A stretch of DNA of 64,000 nucleotides, taken from assembly GCA_964035545.1 (NCBI GenBank), contig OZ037765.1, positions 28,767,504 to 28,831,503 of the forward strand, given 5' to 3'. The notes beneath the pieces are model-generated. The model saw nothing but the letters and a program-made list of their open reading frames with translations, ran no database searches and was not told where the DNA came from. The number at the start of each line of letters is the position of its first letter. Position 1 is the first letter of the stretch. Positions 28,001-39,768 of the stretch are shown piece by piece. Origin of the DNA: Bugula neritina (taxonomy: Eukaryota; Animalia; Bryozoa). A program made the position numbers and the translations under genes.

Positions 28001-29459
28001 ACTTTCTCAATCCAATTGTTATACAGATATTTGTCACCATTACAAGACAATCTTTTAATGTTTCTCTAGAGTCTACAGGCTTCAACTCTGGCGGTAATTT
28101 CAATGGCTGAAAGATAACTCATTTGACAGCCAGCATTCGCATCAGCAGTTATATTGTAACTACAAATGCTATCAAGTGGACTATAAATAGTAAATTGTGA
28201 CAATTAGACTTGCCATTGGCATTGCTATCCAACTACTGAACCTCACTATTGCAGAGAATTTTTCACTTGGCAAAACTTACACTCAACATCATGGTTATAC
28301 AATACTATTGTCTATTAGTATTATTACCAAAAACTGAAATTTCAACAGACAATATTTAGTTGGCAGCTCCATCATTTAAGTATATTCCAACACTATTAGC
28401 TGAATTTGATCATTACGAAGCACCACCATCAAGTTTACCGAAGTGAACACAAATTTACAACAACTTATTAGTTATTATAGTCATTGTTGAAATAATACTT
28501 GGTTTTCAACCTCAACTTTCCTATTGCCCGTCTGTCCTTGGAGGATACAAAGTAAACATCACGGATGAGTTGGACCTAGCGCTCACTTGCAGCACATCAC
28601 GAGAAGTAATGAGGTACAGCTACGCCTACTTCAGCTCCATCATAATCATAATTTAACCAAGCAAAACACCAACAGTACTAAACAGCATAAGCCTAAGGAC
28701 ACTTGAGTAGCCATAGGGTATAGGCACGGCAATGTCTAGCCTACGACATTACAAGAGTTGACTAAATATTCTGTTTCACATCAAATGATCAACACACTCA
28801 ATCTTAATTCGGTTGCATATCAATTTTACAGCTACACCATTACTACAATTACAAGTATGACCATAACCGTTCGAATTCATAACTAATTTATCATTTTACT
28901 ATCATCTGTATTACCTGAAGTTGAATACACTGCAAAGCTATCCTAGGACTACAAGTTCCAGGTATGCTATGCCTATGGGAGACTATGGTGATGGTTAAAT
29001 AATTACAATTAATATAACATTAAGTTCAACTTCAAGTTTAACATATCCATATCACATGCGACCTAGAAGTAGACCAAGTAGAAGCCGAAGACATAATTGT
29101 TCAACTCCTTAACACTTACATGTACATTAAGTTGTTTAACCGTTCATCTCATGCTGATGCTATGCTAAAGAGGAATAGTCATAGACTTAAGAGACGGAGA
29201 ATAATATTAGAACCCACAAACCCTACTCCTACTTCTATCTATGAGGAATAGAGTTGTGAGCAGTTAAGTCGGCCGTATACACTTGCAATGGAACACTTAT
29301 GTCATTATAGGCCGTCTGCAATTCAGTTATTGATAGTGTTGAGTACAAGATATCAAAACCAATGTCAACTAGTTTACAATTCACCAAGTTGTCTGCAGGA
29401 CTTATCTGAGGTTACAGAGACAGATATGAACACCTCTCTGTTTCGCAGCTCAATAACAA

Positions 29460-30020
29460 CTGAGCATTGGGCGGAATTAGATATGCATCACGCGTCTCGT
29501 AAAGTTGTTATTGGCCAACTTCCAACAAACGAAAAAGGGGAGTAAAAACTATTTTTAGTCAGTTAGTTTCTTAGAAGACTTACTAAATTGCTTTTGTTTT
29601 TAAATATAACTTTAAAATTATTTAATTTTTAGCACAAAAAATGAACAATATCATTCCTAAAAAAAAACATTATGTAAAAACTCGAACAATTGAAAATACA
29701 AAGCTCATTAATCTGCTGTTCTCGTTGGTTTATGGAGTGTTACTGCGTGTTTGCGAATAGATACTTCTATTTACTAAAGGGGGAGTATCTCTAAAAGCTA
29801 TTTTTATGTTGTTGAAATCAAAATAATTTTAACTAAAATTTTAAAAATTGCAAAAAAAATTACTGCATTTTAAATTTCAAAGTAGTTTGAAAAAAAGGTT
29901 ATTCAAAGTTTACAGCGAAACTGCTAAAGTTACCTCCGTATTATAGGGTAAAAATAAATTGCTTGGAACAGCACCCAGTTGCTGGTCACTAGATTTGAAT
30001 GAATATGCACATCCAATCAC
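29460..30020. promoter_or_regulatory. Probable divergent promoter region of ZC3H4 and SPT5
   Basis: CCAAT boxes (ATTGG ~29466 and ~29510; CCAAT ~30013), GGGCGGAA and a local CpG increase, bracketed by periodic tracts on both sides. TSS positions are inferred. Confidence 0.45.
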
Positions 30021-30249
30021 TGCACTCAATTATCTTAACTTTGTCCAGCTCCTAGCGATTCTCGTTTAAAACCCAATCCTATGGCTATTGTGATAATATT
30101 AAGTCAGTCTGTTGGATGTTGTTACTTTAATACTTATATACTTTATATTCGTTATTGTTTATAGCAATATGTATTACTGTATTACTATTGATATTAGTCA
30201 TTAAATTTATTCGTTTAACTTAATTGATAATCAATGATTGATTATCAAA

Positions 30250-31460
30250 CCAAAAACTTATCAGTATCAGAGTATCAGTATAAGTATCAGTATGACTATT
30301 AGTATTACTAAACAGTCAGTAAACAGTAAATGTATTACATTTACTGTATTAGTAATACTATTAGTATTAGTATTACTATGAGTATCACTCTGACTCAGCC
30401 TAGAAATCACTGTCAGTGTCACACTCACAGTCAGTTAAACTTATAGTTATAAAATTGAATATAAGAATAACTAAGACTTACTAACTCTAAGTACTATTAC
30501 TATTAGTATTATACTATTACTTACTTGACTTACTTGAAGATGCAATCACGTTAGACCACTAAATTAGTGTAAGCGACGTGCCTCGTTTGGTGAACAGAAT
30601 TATTAAATGTAGTTACTACTTTTATCACATAGGTGCAGTTCTGTTTTAAGACTTTGGTGATAGTAATACTATTACTATTAGTATTACACTATTAGTAATA
30701 ATTAGTATTACTGTTAGTATTACTAATACCAGTAGGCAGTAACCATCGGACTTGGGGCATCAGACTTAGTAATACTAATACTAATAGTAATAGTATCACT
30801 AATAAAAATACTTATAGTTATACTTATAGCATATCAAAGCAATTTAGTTTTACAATATAGTATAATTATAAAGATAAATTAAAACTAAAGTATAACTATA
30901 AGTATTAGTATTTCACGTAAAAATTAAATGAAAATAATTATTAATACAAATACTATAATTATTGGAATCAAGTAGCAAAGTATAAAAAAATTTTGTTATT
31001 AATAATCATAAATAGCCCATAGACCTAGGGCAGGCTAGTGATATTCATATTCATTATAATTATGAAATTAAATTGTTAGTCAATTTAAATTGTAAATTAG
31101 AATAGGATTGGTTTATGATTTATATTGTCATGTGACTATGTACTTATGCCGTGATACTGATATTTTGATTCTTATGATATTTATATTGATATTCATCGCT
31201 AATAGCCAGCCATAGAACAAGGTGATACTCAGCCCATACTCGTAGAGATAGGATAGAGAGTCGCAACCATATATGATGTTGGTAGTTTATAATAATGATA
31301 ACAATAGTGAATAACATTGATAATGGATAATAATCAATAATTGCTATATCAATATTTATTAATTGTTGTCTATAATAATATATTCATAATTGTGTCTTAC
31401 AGTGATGGTCAGAAGATTTTTTACTACAACTAATAACATTATTATTGTTATAACTATTTA
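30250..31460. repeat. 6-bp periodic (TNA-NNN)n tracts, SPT5 5' intron
   Basis: For example 30361: TTA GTA TTA GTA TTA CTA TGA GTA TCA CTC TGA; 30407: TCA CTG TCA GTG TCA CAC TCA CAG TCA. Confidence 0.8.
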
Positions 31461-32173
31461 TTGTAATAGACAGAACTTGATATGTTACTTATATTCTATT
31501 ATTTAACATGTTTATGTTTTGATTATTAGGTTTATTATTTTCTTGTTTCGTACTCACACTGCCGTTTGATCACATTGCCACACTCAATATTATACTAATA
31601 TTCATTTTTGTACAATATGTATGTATATTGGGTGATTTATATATGTATAGCTGAATTCATTGGGATAATACTAACTGACATTTTCACAATGACTGTCATT
31701 AACGTTAGACTGAGTAAATAGTATTGGATTCTGTAATCAGTCATTGTTGACTAGTCATTGTAAGAATTTCCGTTTATAATTATAACTAACGTAATTGGGA
31801 CACTAGTAGCTATCACAACCAACTCTGCTGTTTTACTACATGTATTAAAACTAGTATATAATTTTACCAATTTAAATGTAATGATATATTTTGCACATTT
31901 AAATAACAGTAATACTTGATATGCTGGATGTAATTCCTCTGAATAAAAAATTAGGTCATATCACATTTTTTATTCGTAACTTTTGCAAATGGTTAGCAAT
32001 ATGTGATGAAAATATAATTGTAGATATTCACTGCAAACCTTTTTGAATTTTTGCTAATTTGGCTAAAGTTATTGTTTGATGGCTAATTATGATAATTCTA
32101 TTGCCACTGTACCTACTGTCATAGTAAGCTATTGGTTCACTCAGCAGTTTTGTCATAGATCACAGGTTGAGTC

Positions 32174-35100
32174 ATGTCAGATAGTGAAGGAGAAGATCCA
32201 GTAAGTGGAGAAGAAAGCAATGAAGATGATGTACAGGAGTCAGAAGAAGATGAAGACGAAGAATACGAAACTGGGCCTCGTCGTAAAAAGTCCAGAGTTG
32301 AAGGATTTATTTTAGATGAAGCTGGTAGGTGGTGATTCCGGTTTTCTATGAAAATTTTGGACTGGTGTATTTTTTTTTCTAAAGTTTTTCTAGTTTTTAC
32401 ACTTGTGCTATTTGCTGCATACTTTTGTTTTAAGAAGAGCATTGTCAAGCAGCATGCTGTTAAAAGTCTGCACTGAATAATTCATATTTTCAAGTGTAGA
32501 GTGAAATTTGTAGAGGATGTTGGTGAGAATGACGATGAGTCAGAAGGAGAGTGGGAAGATGGAGCCCAGGATCTGATAGCTAATGACAATGAGATTGAGA
32601 GCTCTGCTAGAGATTTAGAGAGTAAACGACGTTTTGATGAGTTTATGGCCACAAAGGTTTGGAATCGATTCTCCGCTTTTTAAAATGTAATGCGTTATAT
32701 TCATCATAGTTGAACTCCATTGTACTATAATTATAGCCATGTTTTCTGTCGATTTAGAATGATGACGAGTTGGAAGAGTTCTATAGACGCCGATGGACTG
32801 ATACGAATGCATCTGACAGATTTGGAGACGGTGAAGATATGTCTGATGAAATCACGCAGCAGGGCCTTCTTCCCGACGTTAAGTATGGCTTATGCTCATT
32901 AGTCCACGTCATGTGTTAAATGTCCTTCATTAGATCCTCATATTCTTCTATAACATGTGGTAAGGTGTTCCATTGTGCTCTTTTATATGATTAAAAATAT
33001 GGTCGCCCAAACCATGCATTTGTAGTGTTTTTTTGGGCTAAATTTATGCTTATCATGCAATTATTTCCAAATACACAATAATTTGTTCAATCTTACTTGT
33101 CACTTTTGTAAGTTATAAGTCTTTTTGTTGTGTAGTCGAGATCCTAACTTGTGGGTGGTTCGTTGTCGAATGGGTGAGGAACGCGACACTGTACTTGCCA
33201 TTATGAGGAAGTTTATTGCCTACCAGCACACGGATGATCCTCTTCGAATTCAGTCTGTGACTTACAAAAATGGGCTGAAAGGCATTCTCTACATCGAAGC
33301 CTTTAAGCAGACCCATGTTAAGCATGCTATAGAAGGCATCGGCAGTCTCCGTATGGGTACATACAAGCAACAGGTATTACCTGCATAGAGTCTTCAGTGT
33401 GTTTTAGATTTAAAAAATAGGAAAATACTAAATTACTATTTTTAAAATTGGAACATATGTGTGATGATGTAATTGTATGTTTGTGTTTAGATGGTGCCAA
33501 TAAAAGAGATGACTGATGTGATGAAAGTGGTGAAGGAGAAGCTGAGGCTGAAGGAAGGCACATGGGTGAGGATGAAGAGAGGTCTGTATAAAGATGACCT
33601 TGCTCAGATAGACTATGTTGACCCCTCGGAGCACAGAGTTCGACTCAAACTTATCCCCCGAATAGACTACACTCGTATGAGAGGTGTCATGAGAAACCAA
33701 AACTCGGTATGCACTTGTCAAACATTATTTTGTTTTTTTAGTAAATTTTTATAGAATGTTTTTTGCCACCTTCCTATTACACATCGTGCATTTGCATAGT
33801 TGGTTTACTAAGCACTAGGCATGTATTTACTCAGAGAACTCTCTTGGTATAATGTGGGTTTAGTATATGTAGTAATTATCTTATGTCGTCATAGCAACAA
33901 CAACAAAACAAACGCCGACCTCCCGCAAAGCTTTTCAACGAGGAGGCAATCAGAGCCATTGGCGGTGAGATAGGCACACAGGGGAGCTACAAGATATTTG
34001 AGAGTAATGAATACAGTGCCAGGGGTTTCCTCATCAAGACGTTTTATCCGTCTGCATTCATATCCGAGGGAGTGAAGCCGAGTCTCGCTGAACTCTCCAA
34101 GTTTGAAGATAAACCAGAGGCGGTCAGCTTAGATTGTAAGTGGTTTTATTAAACAGATACAATACCAATTGGTATGTTTGATGGTAACATATCTTCATAC
34201 ACGTACCTTTGTCATATTAACGTATATTCAGTTATGCAATACCTACATGATATGCGTATAAATAAAAATATTTTTTTATCAAAATTTTAAAACATGCTTG
34301 TCATTTTACTCCATTTATATACACTGTAAGCATCCTAATGCCAAATATATTTTTAAAAAGTTGTTGAATCAAAAAAAAATTTTTCGCTTTCAACATAAGC
34401 TTTGGAGTATCATTTCTATTTTTAGCTAACATTTACTGAACAATTGACTCTTGAAATAGTATATAATGGGTGTGTTGCAAAAGTTGCTCTAAAACTAGTT
34501 TGAATTACAGTTTACTCAAATGTAAAGAATATACTATTCCAGCTGTTGTCATCTAAACATAGCCCTGTAAATAGAGTTGCCAATGTATTTTATTCAGCAC
34601 TCGTATCCAAGACTAGCTCTAGCTCTGAAGTGACCCATAACCTGGCTCCCGGGGATATGGTGGAAGTTGCGGAAGGAGAATTGGTACATCTTCAAGGAAA
34701 AATTATCAGCATTGATGGAAATAAAGTGACAATGCTGCCCAAGCATGAAGATCTCAAGGTACATTTGTAAAACCAACAATTGCTTTACTAATGATCATTT
34801 CTTTTAGCCTAAACAGCTGTCTTTGGTATATAACAGTTCTTTATAAAGTTCTACAATTCGGCTTTGTGGAGAGTGCACCATTGGATGTAGTTGTTTATGT
34901 GGTGCCTTTTCCAATTCATCTTTTATGTAGAGGGTTGCGATTCCTATCAGTATTATTGAGGATGGTGTAGACTTTGTAAGCAGTAAAACTCTACACTGTA
35001 GAATTTTACTGTTTACAAAAGCATTCATCAGTACTTCATTGAGGCTGTCTCTCTGACTCTTTCTCAAGTTTTAGTTCTACTTACTCACATATATGTATTT

Positions 35101-38100
35101 TTACCTGTATTATATTATCCAGGATCCACTGGAGTTTCCAGCTCATGAGTTGAAGAAACACTTCAAGACCGGAGATCACGTGAAAGTGATAGGCGGGCGG
35201 TACGAATCGGACACGGGACTTATTGTTAGAGTTGAGGATAATCTAATCGTACTCTTCTCAGACATAACCATGCACGAACTCAAAGTCCTTCCTAAAGACA
35301 TACAGCTCTGCCCCGACATGGCCACTGGTGTTGACTCTATGGGACAGTACCAGTTTGGTGACCTGGTCCAGCTGGAGTAAGTTCGTTGTACCATCTAGGA
35401 AACTAATGCTACAACATTTTAGAACTCTTTTCTGGGTTTTAATTTTTTATTAATATCAGCTGGAGAATGTAAACATGTGTCTTAATACGTTTGTAATACA
35501 ACTATATTCTATGAGTCAAAGTTATTTGCATTTGAATTTGAATATGTCTTCTCAATGACAGTGCGCAGAGAGTGGGTGTCATCGTTCGACTGGAGAGAGA
35601 AAGTTTCCAAGTGTTGACCAATGAGAACAAAATAGCCCAAGTGAAGCACCAGTCTATAAACAAGAAGAAAGACAGCAGGCATGCTGTCGCACTCGACTCT
35701 GACAATAACAACCTTCAGGTCAAGGACATAGTGAAGGTCATCGATGGAGCTCATGCTGTACGTATAATTCTCTGAAATGCTGATGTTGATGGATTCCAAT
35801 GAATTATTTTGTAGCTCAGTTATTGAAAAAATGTCTATTAAAAAAACATGTTCAGTTTGGCTCCATTGAGATTATTCTGATGTTAAGAAAATTATATTCA
35901 AAAATTAATGTTTCATTTTAAAGCCAATAAAGCTGTTCTGTACAGCCTCTATTCTGATTCTTCTTAGGGCCTGCAAGGAGAAATCAAACATCTGTATCGA
36001 AGTTTTGCTTTTCTTCACTCAAGAATGATGACAGAAAATGGTGGCATATTTGTATCTAAAACGCGACAATTGCAGCTGGCTGGTGGAGCCAGGGTAAGCT
36101 ATTTACAGTACATTCAACTAGTTTGATGTCTGGTCTTAGAATGATGTGTTGATACACTTTCTTATTCTCCACTCATCGGCAAATCACCATTAGTAAAATT
36201 GTATTTCCTGCAAGTCATTACTATCTATATTTTATGTTTAACAGCAAACAACTGGAGGGGGCCTGGGATACATGTCACCTCGTATCTCTAGTCCTGCCCA
36301 CCCAGCCAGTGGTGGATCCACCCCATCTGGAGGAGGGGGCAGGGGTAGAGGGCGAGGAGCTAAGAGGGACACTTCTCTTATCGGACAAACTGTTAAGATT
36401 GTGGGCGGACCTTTCAAGGGTAGGTTGCTATGGGTTTAAATTGATTAATAATTTCTAATGCAATGTTGCTTTCTGGTGCAATTCTGTTTCTGTTCAACAA
36501 TTGGGTCTTGCCTTACTTTTGCCTTTTCATTGGTTATCTCATTATTACCAACACCATTGCAGGTCATATTGGCATTGTGAAAGACTGTACTGATGACACG
36601 GCGAGGGTTGAACTACATGCCAACTGCAAAACAATATCCGTCGATAAAAACCGACTCAGCTCTCTTCGGTATGCCAACAGTTAGTTGTTTTGTTTCATGT
36701 GAGCAGATTTGGCTCAGGATTTAGGTTGCTATATCGGTATTGTTTGTGTTTTAAGGGGAGGCAGACTGGGGAGTAGCTCTGTACGTTCAGATTCTGGTAG
36801 GACTCCTATGCATGCCGGTTCAGCTACGCCTATGCACGGATCACAAACTCCCATGTATGGTTCAAAGACCCCAATGTACGGCTCCCAAACACCGCTGTAC
36901 GACGGCTCCAGGACTCCTCACTATGGATCACAGACGCCTCTGCACGATGCAGGCAGCGGCAGCAGTAGGAATACACCTGGTGGTGGCAGCGTTTGGGATC
37001 CTAACAGCGGAAACACTCCAGCCAGGTAGAATATTAGTGATGTATATTTTGCATGCTTTTATTACACTATTTTATTTCAACATAATAAATTTGTGTGTGC
37101 AAATAATGTTATTGAATAATAGCCTAGGTTGGAGCATCTTTTGAAGGTATTCTGTACTTGTACATTAGTAATTAGTGATTACTTAGTCTAACTACAAAGT
37201 GTTAAAGTTGTATTTATGTTGAGTTGTTCTGCAAAATTTATAACTGCATAACTATAATTTTCAGCCAAGCTTCAATAAGTATTTGTTACTGCCTTGACTT
37301 TCCACCTTTTGACATTTAAAACTTGGTAAAGTTTTTTCATTTTATTTTTATATAATTATGATTTTTGCAATTTTTAATTTTTATCAAATTCAAGATGTAT
37401 GAAAATGCACCCTAAACCGGTATAACTTTTTATTGTAATTATTACCATTTATTTATTATTAATTATAATTTTATATCTATATTATAATTATTCCTGGGCA
37501 TCAAAGGAGGTGAAGCTCTAAAGCTTGTATCTCACTGCTTCATTAATGGGTATCTAATGGGTGTATCTGTGTAGGACATAGTTGTAAAAATACATTATCA
37601 TGTTCATTACAGACCGAATGATTTTGGAGACTATAATCCAGCTACACCTGGTAGTCCGGCAGCTGGAGTCTACGGCAGCACATTCTCACCCTACCATCAT
37701 CAAGGTAGCCTAACTCCATTCTCATTATTATATACATGCTGTAGACGTGAATGAGTAAACCTAAAAGTCGTCTAGTGGTGTCATTATTACTTAAATTTTG
37801 CTGCTTCGTAGCAATCTTAATAATTAAATTTTTAAAAATATATTTTGTAATTTATAAGTTGAATGCAATCAATGTTGACTATATTCAAATATAATGTCAT
37901 TAACGTTACGTACCCAAATGAACTGGTTTTAGTGAATCGGGAATATTGTAATGGGTATGATTGCATTGATTGTAGCATCCCCTGCCAGCTATGCTGCACC
38001 TAGTCCTGGCTTTGCTGCATCTAGCTATACTGGTACTCCATCTCCACACTCCGCCTACAGCCCCATGACTCCAGGAACTGTAGCATACACCCCGGGTACT

Positions 38101-39031
38101 CCTGGCTTAGGTAAAGTATCTTGCCCTTTGTAGACATCTCGCATAACCTTTTTTTTCTCTGTATGCTTCTCACTTCCAAAAAAAAAGTAGTTGTTGGAAA
38201 AATGCTGTGTGTAGATTGATGTAGTTATAGCATGTTTAGTTTAATGCGAGGTGGAATTTGAGCATTAGCAGTTATTTTGCTTTCGATTGGAAAAAAACTA
38301 GATTGTAAACTGTAATAGGATTCGCTATTCATAGGTCTCCGATCTAAAATAAAATCAGAGGTGCGTTTTATACACTACAGAGTTTATATATGTGGATGTG
38401 CATGGTCTTATGCTCTAGAAGCCAAAGATCTGATTTTTGGTGTGTACACAGGTATAGAGCAGGGTGGTGTGGACTGGGCACTCAGTGACTTAATGGTGAA
38501 GATCTCATCTCACTACCACGACAGCAGTTTAGCTGACAAAGTTGGAAAAATAAGAAATATATCTGGCAATGTCTGCAATGTGTATATAGCTGATGTTGAG
38601 CGAGTGGTTGGGTTTACCATAGACAATTTGGAGCCCATTACACCTGAAAGGGGAGACAAGGTATGCATTCTGTTATTTTTGCATATAATTTTAACTCGCT
38701 ATTCACCCCAAAGTCAAAGTTTAACTATACAATGGTACTTTTACAACCCTGATTGTAATGGAACAGCCTCAGTGTTGTCAATTTTACCTCCTGTGTTTTA
38801 TTTTCATCAACTTGCATTATCCATACACAATGGCCAATTTTTCTGCACACTGTTATTTATCACTGCATTTAATAAACATGTTATGTCTTATAGGTGAAAG
38901 TCATTCTGGGGGATAACAGAGACACTTGTGGAACTCTGATTAGTGTTGATGGGGTGGAGGGTGTGCTCAAGACTGACCAAGGAGACATAACTATGTTGCA
39001 GCTCAGAACTTTGTGTAAAATGGCCAGATGA
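32174..39031 (+). CDS. SUPT5H: Transcription elongation factor SPT5 (DSIF large subunit)
   Basis: Acidic N-terminus (MSDSE...GFILDEA), NGN domain ([14 protein letters not shown]...LKGILYIEA), KOW motifs, CTR repeats GS(Q/K/R)TP(M/L/H)(Y/H), terminal KOWs ending LCKMAR*. Confidence 0.98.
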
Positions 39032-39768
39032 GTCATGCTATGGTTGATAGATCAGGCTATTGTATTCTCAAACTTAATCTTGTACGAACAAGCTTGCTTC
39101 ATCACATGTACAGAAAAAAAAAAAGAAATTCGACTTATTGTTTATAACTTTTTAGATGATTCATGCTGTACTATATAATAAAATTTCATATGAAGAAATA
39201 TTATGCGTTATTAATCATTTACTGTAGTATGGGGAAGAGACCAAATCTCATAGTTTGAAGTAGCAGACATACAATTTTATATTTTAGTTAAACTACACAA
39301 ACACTCAAACATTTGAAAACAGGTGACAGCATGTTAATAATATTAGCATAGACACAACATCCTAATACTTTTAATTATAAAGCAAAGCTCAAAAACTGCT
39401 CCATTAAAACCATAAATCAGTTAGATGCTGAAGTGCCACCTACAACTACATGTCTCTAAATAACTTTATGCACAATCCAAAGTACAGCTTGTATAAAGCT
39501 AAAAAAATATTTAAAATTTAATGCCAGCCAGAAAAAGATTTCATAATATCGTGTATTATTAGACAAGCAGTGGTAAAGAAAATAGTATAAATAAGTAATT
39601 AAACAAGTCTGGCTAACAAAAAGATACAACAAAAATATTAATATAAATTGTAATATCTGACTATATATAAATAGAAACTTGATAGGTCTCAGCATGAATG
39701 CTTGGTTTTCCTGTTGTAACCAAGGGATGAGGATTGCAATGGCTTACAGAGTATCCTAACAAAATGTC

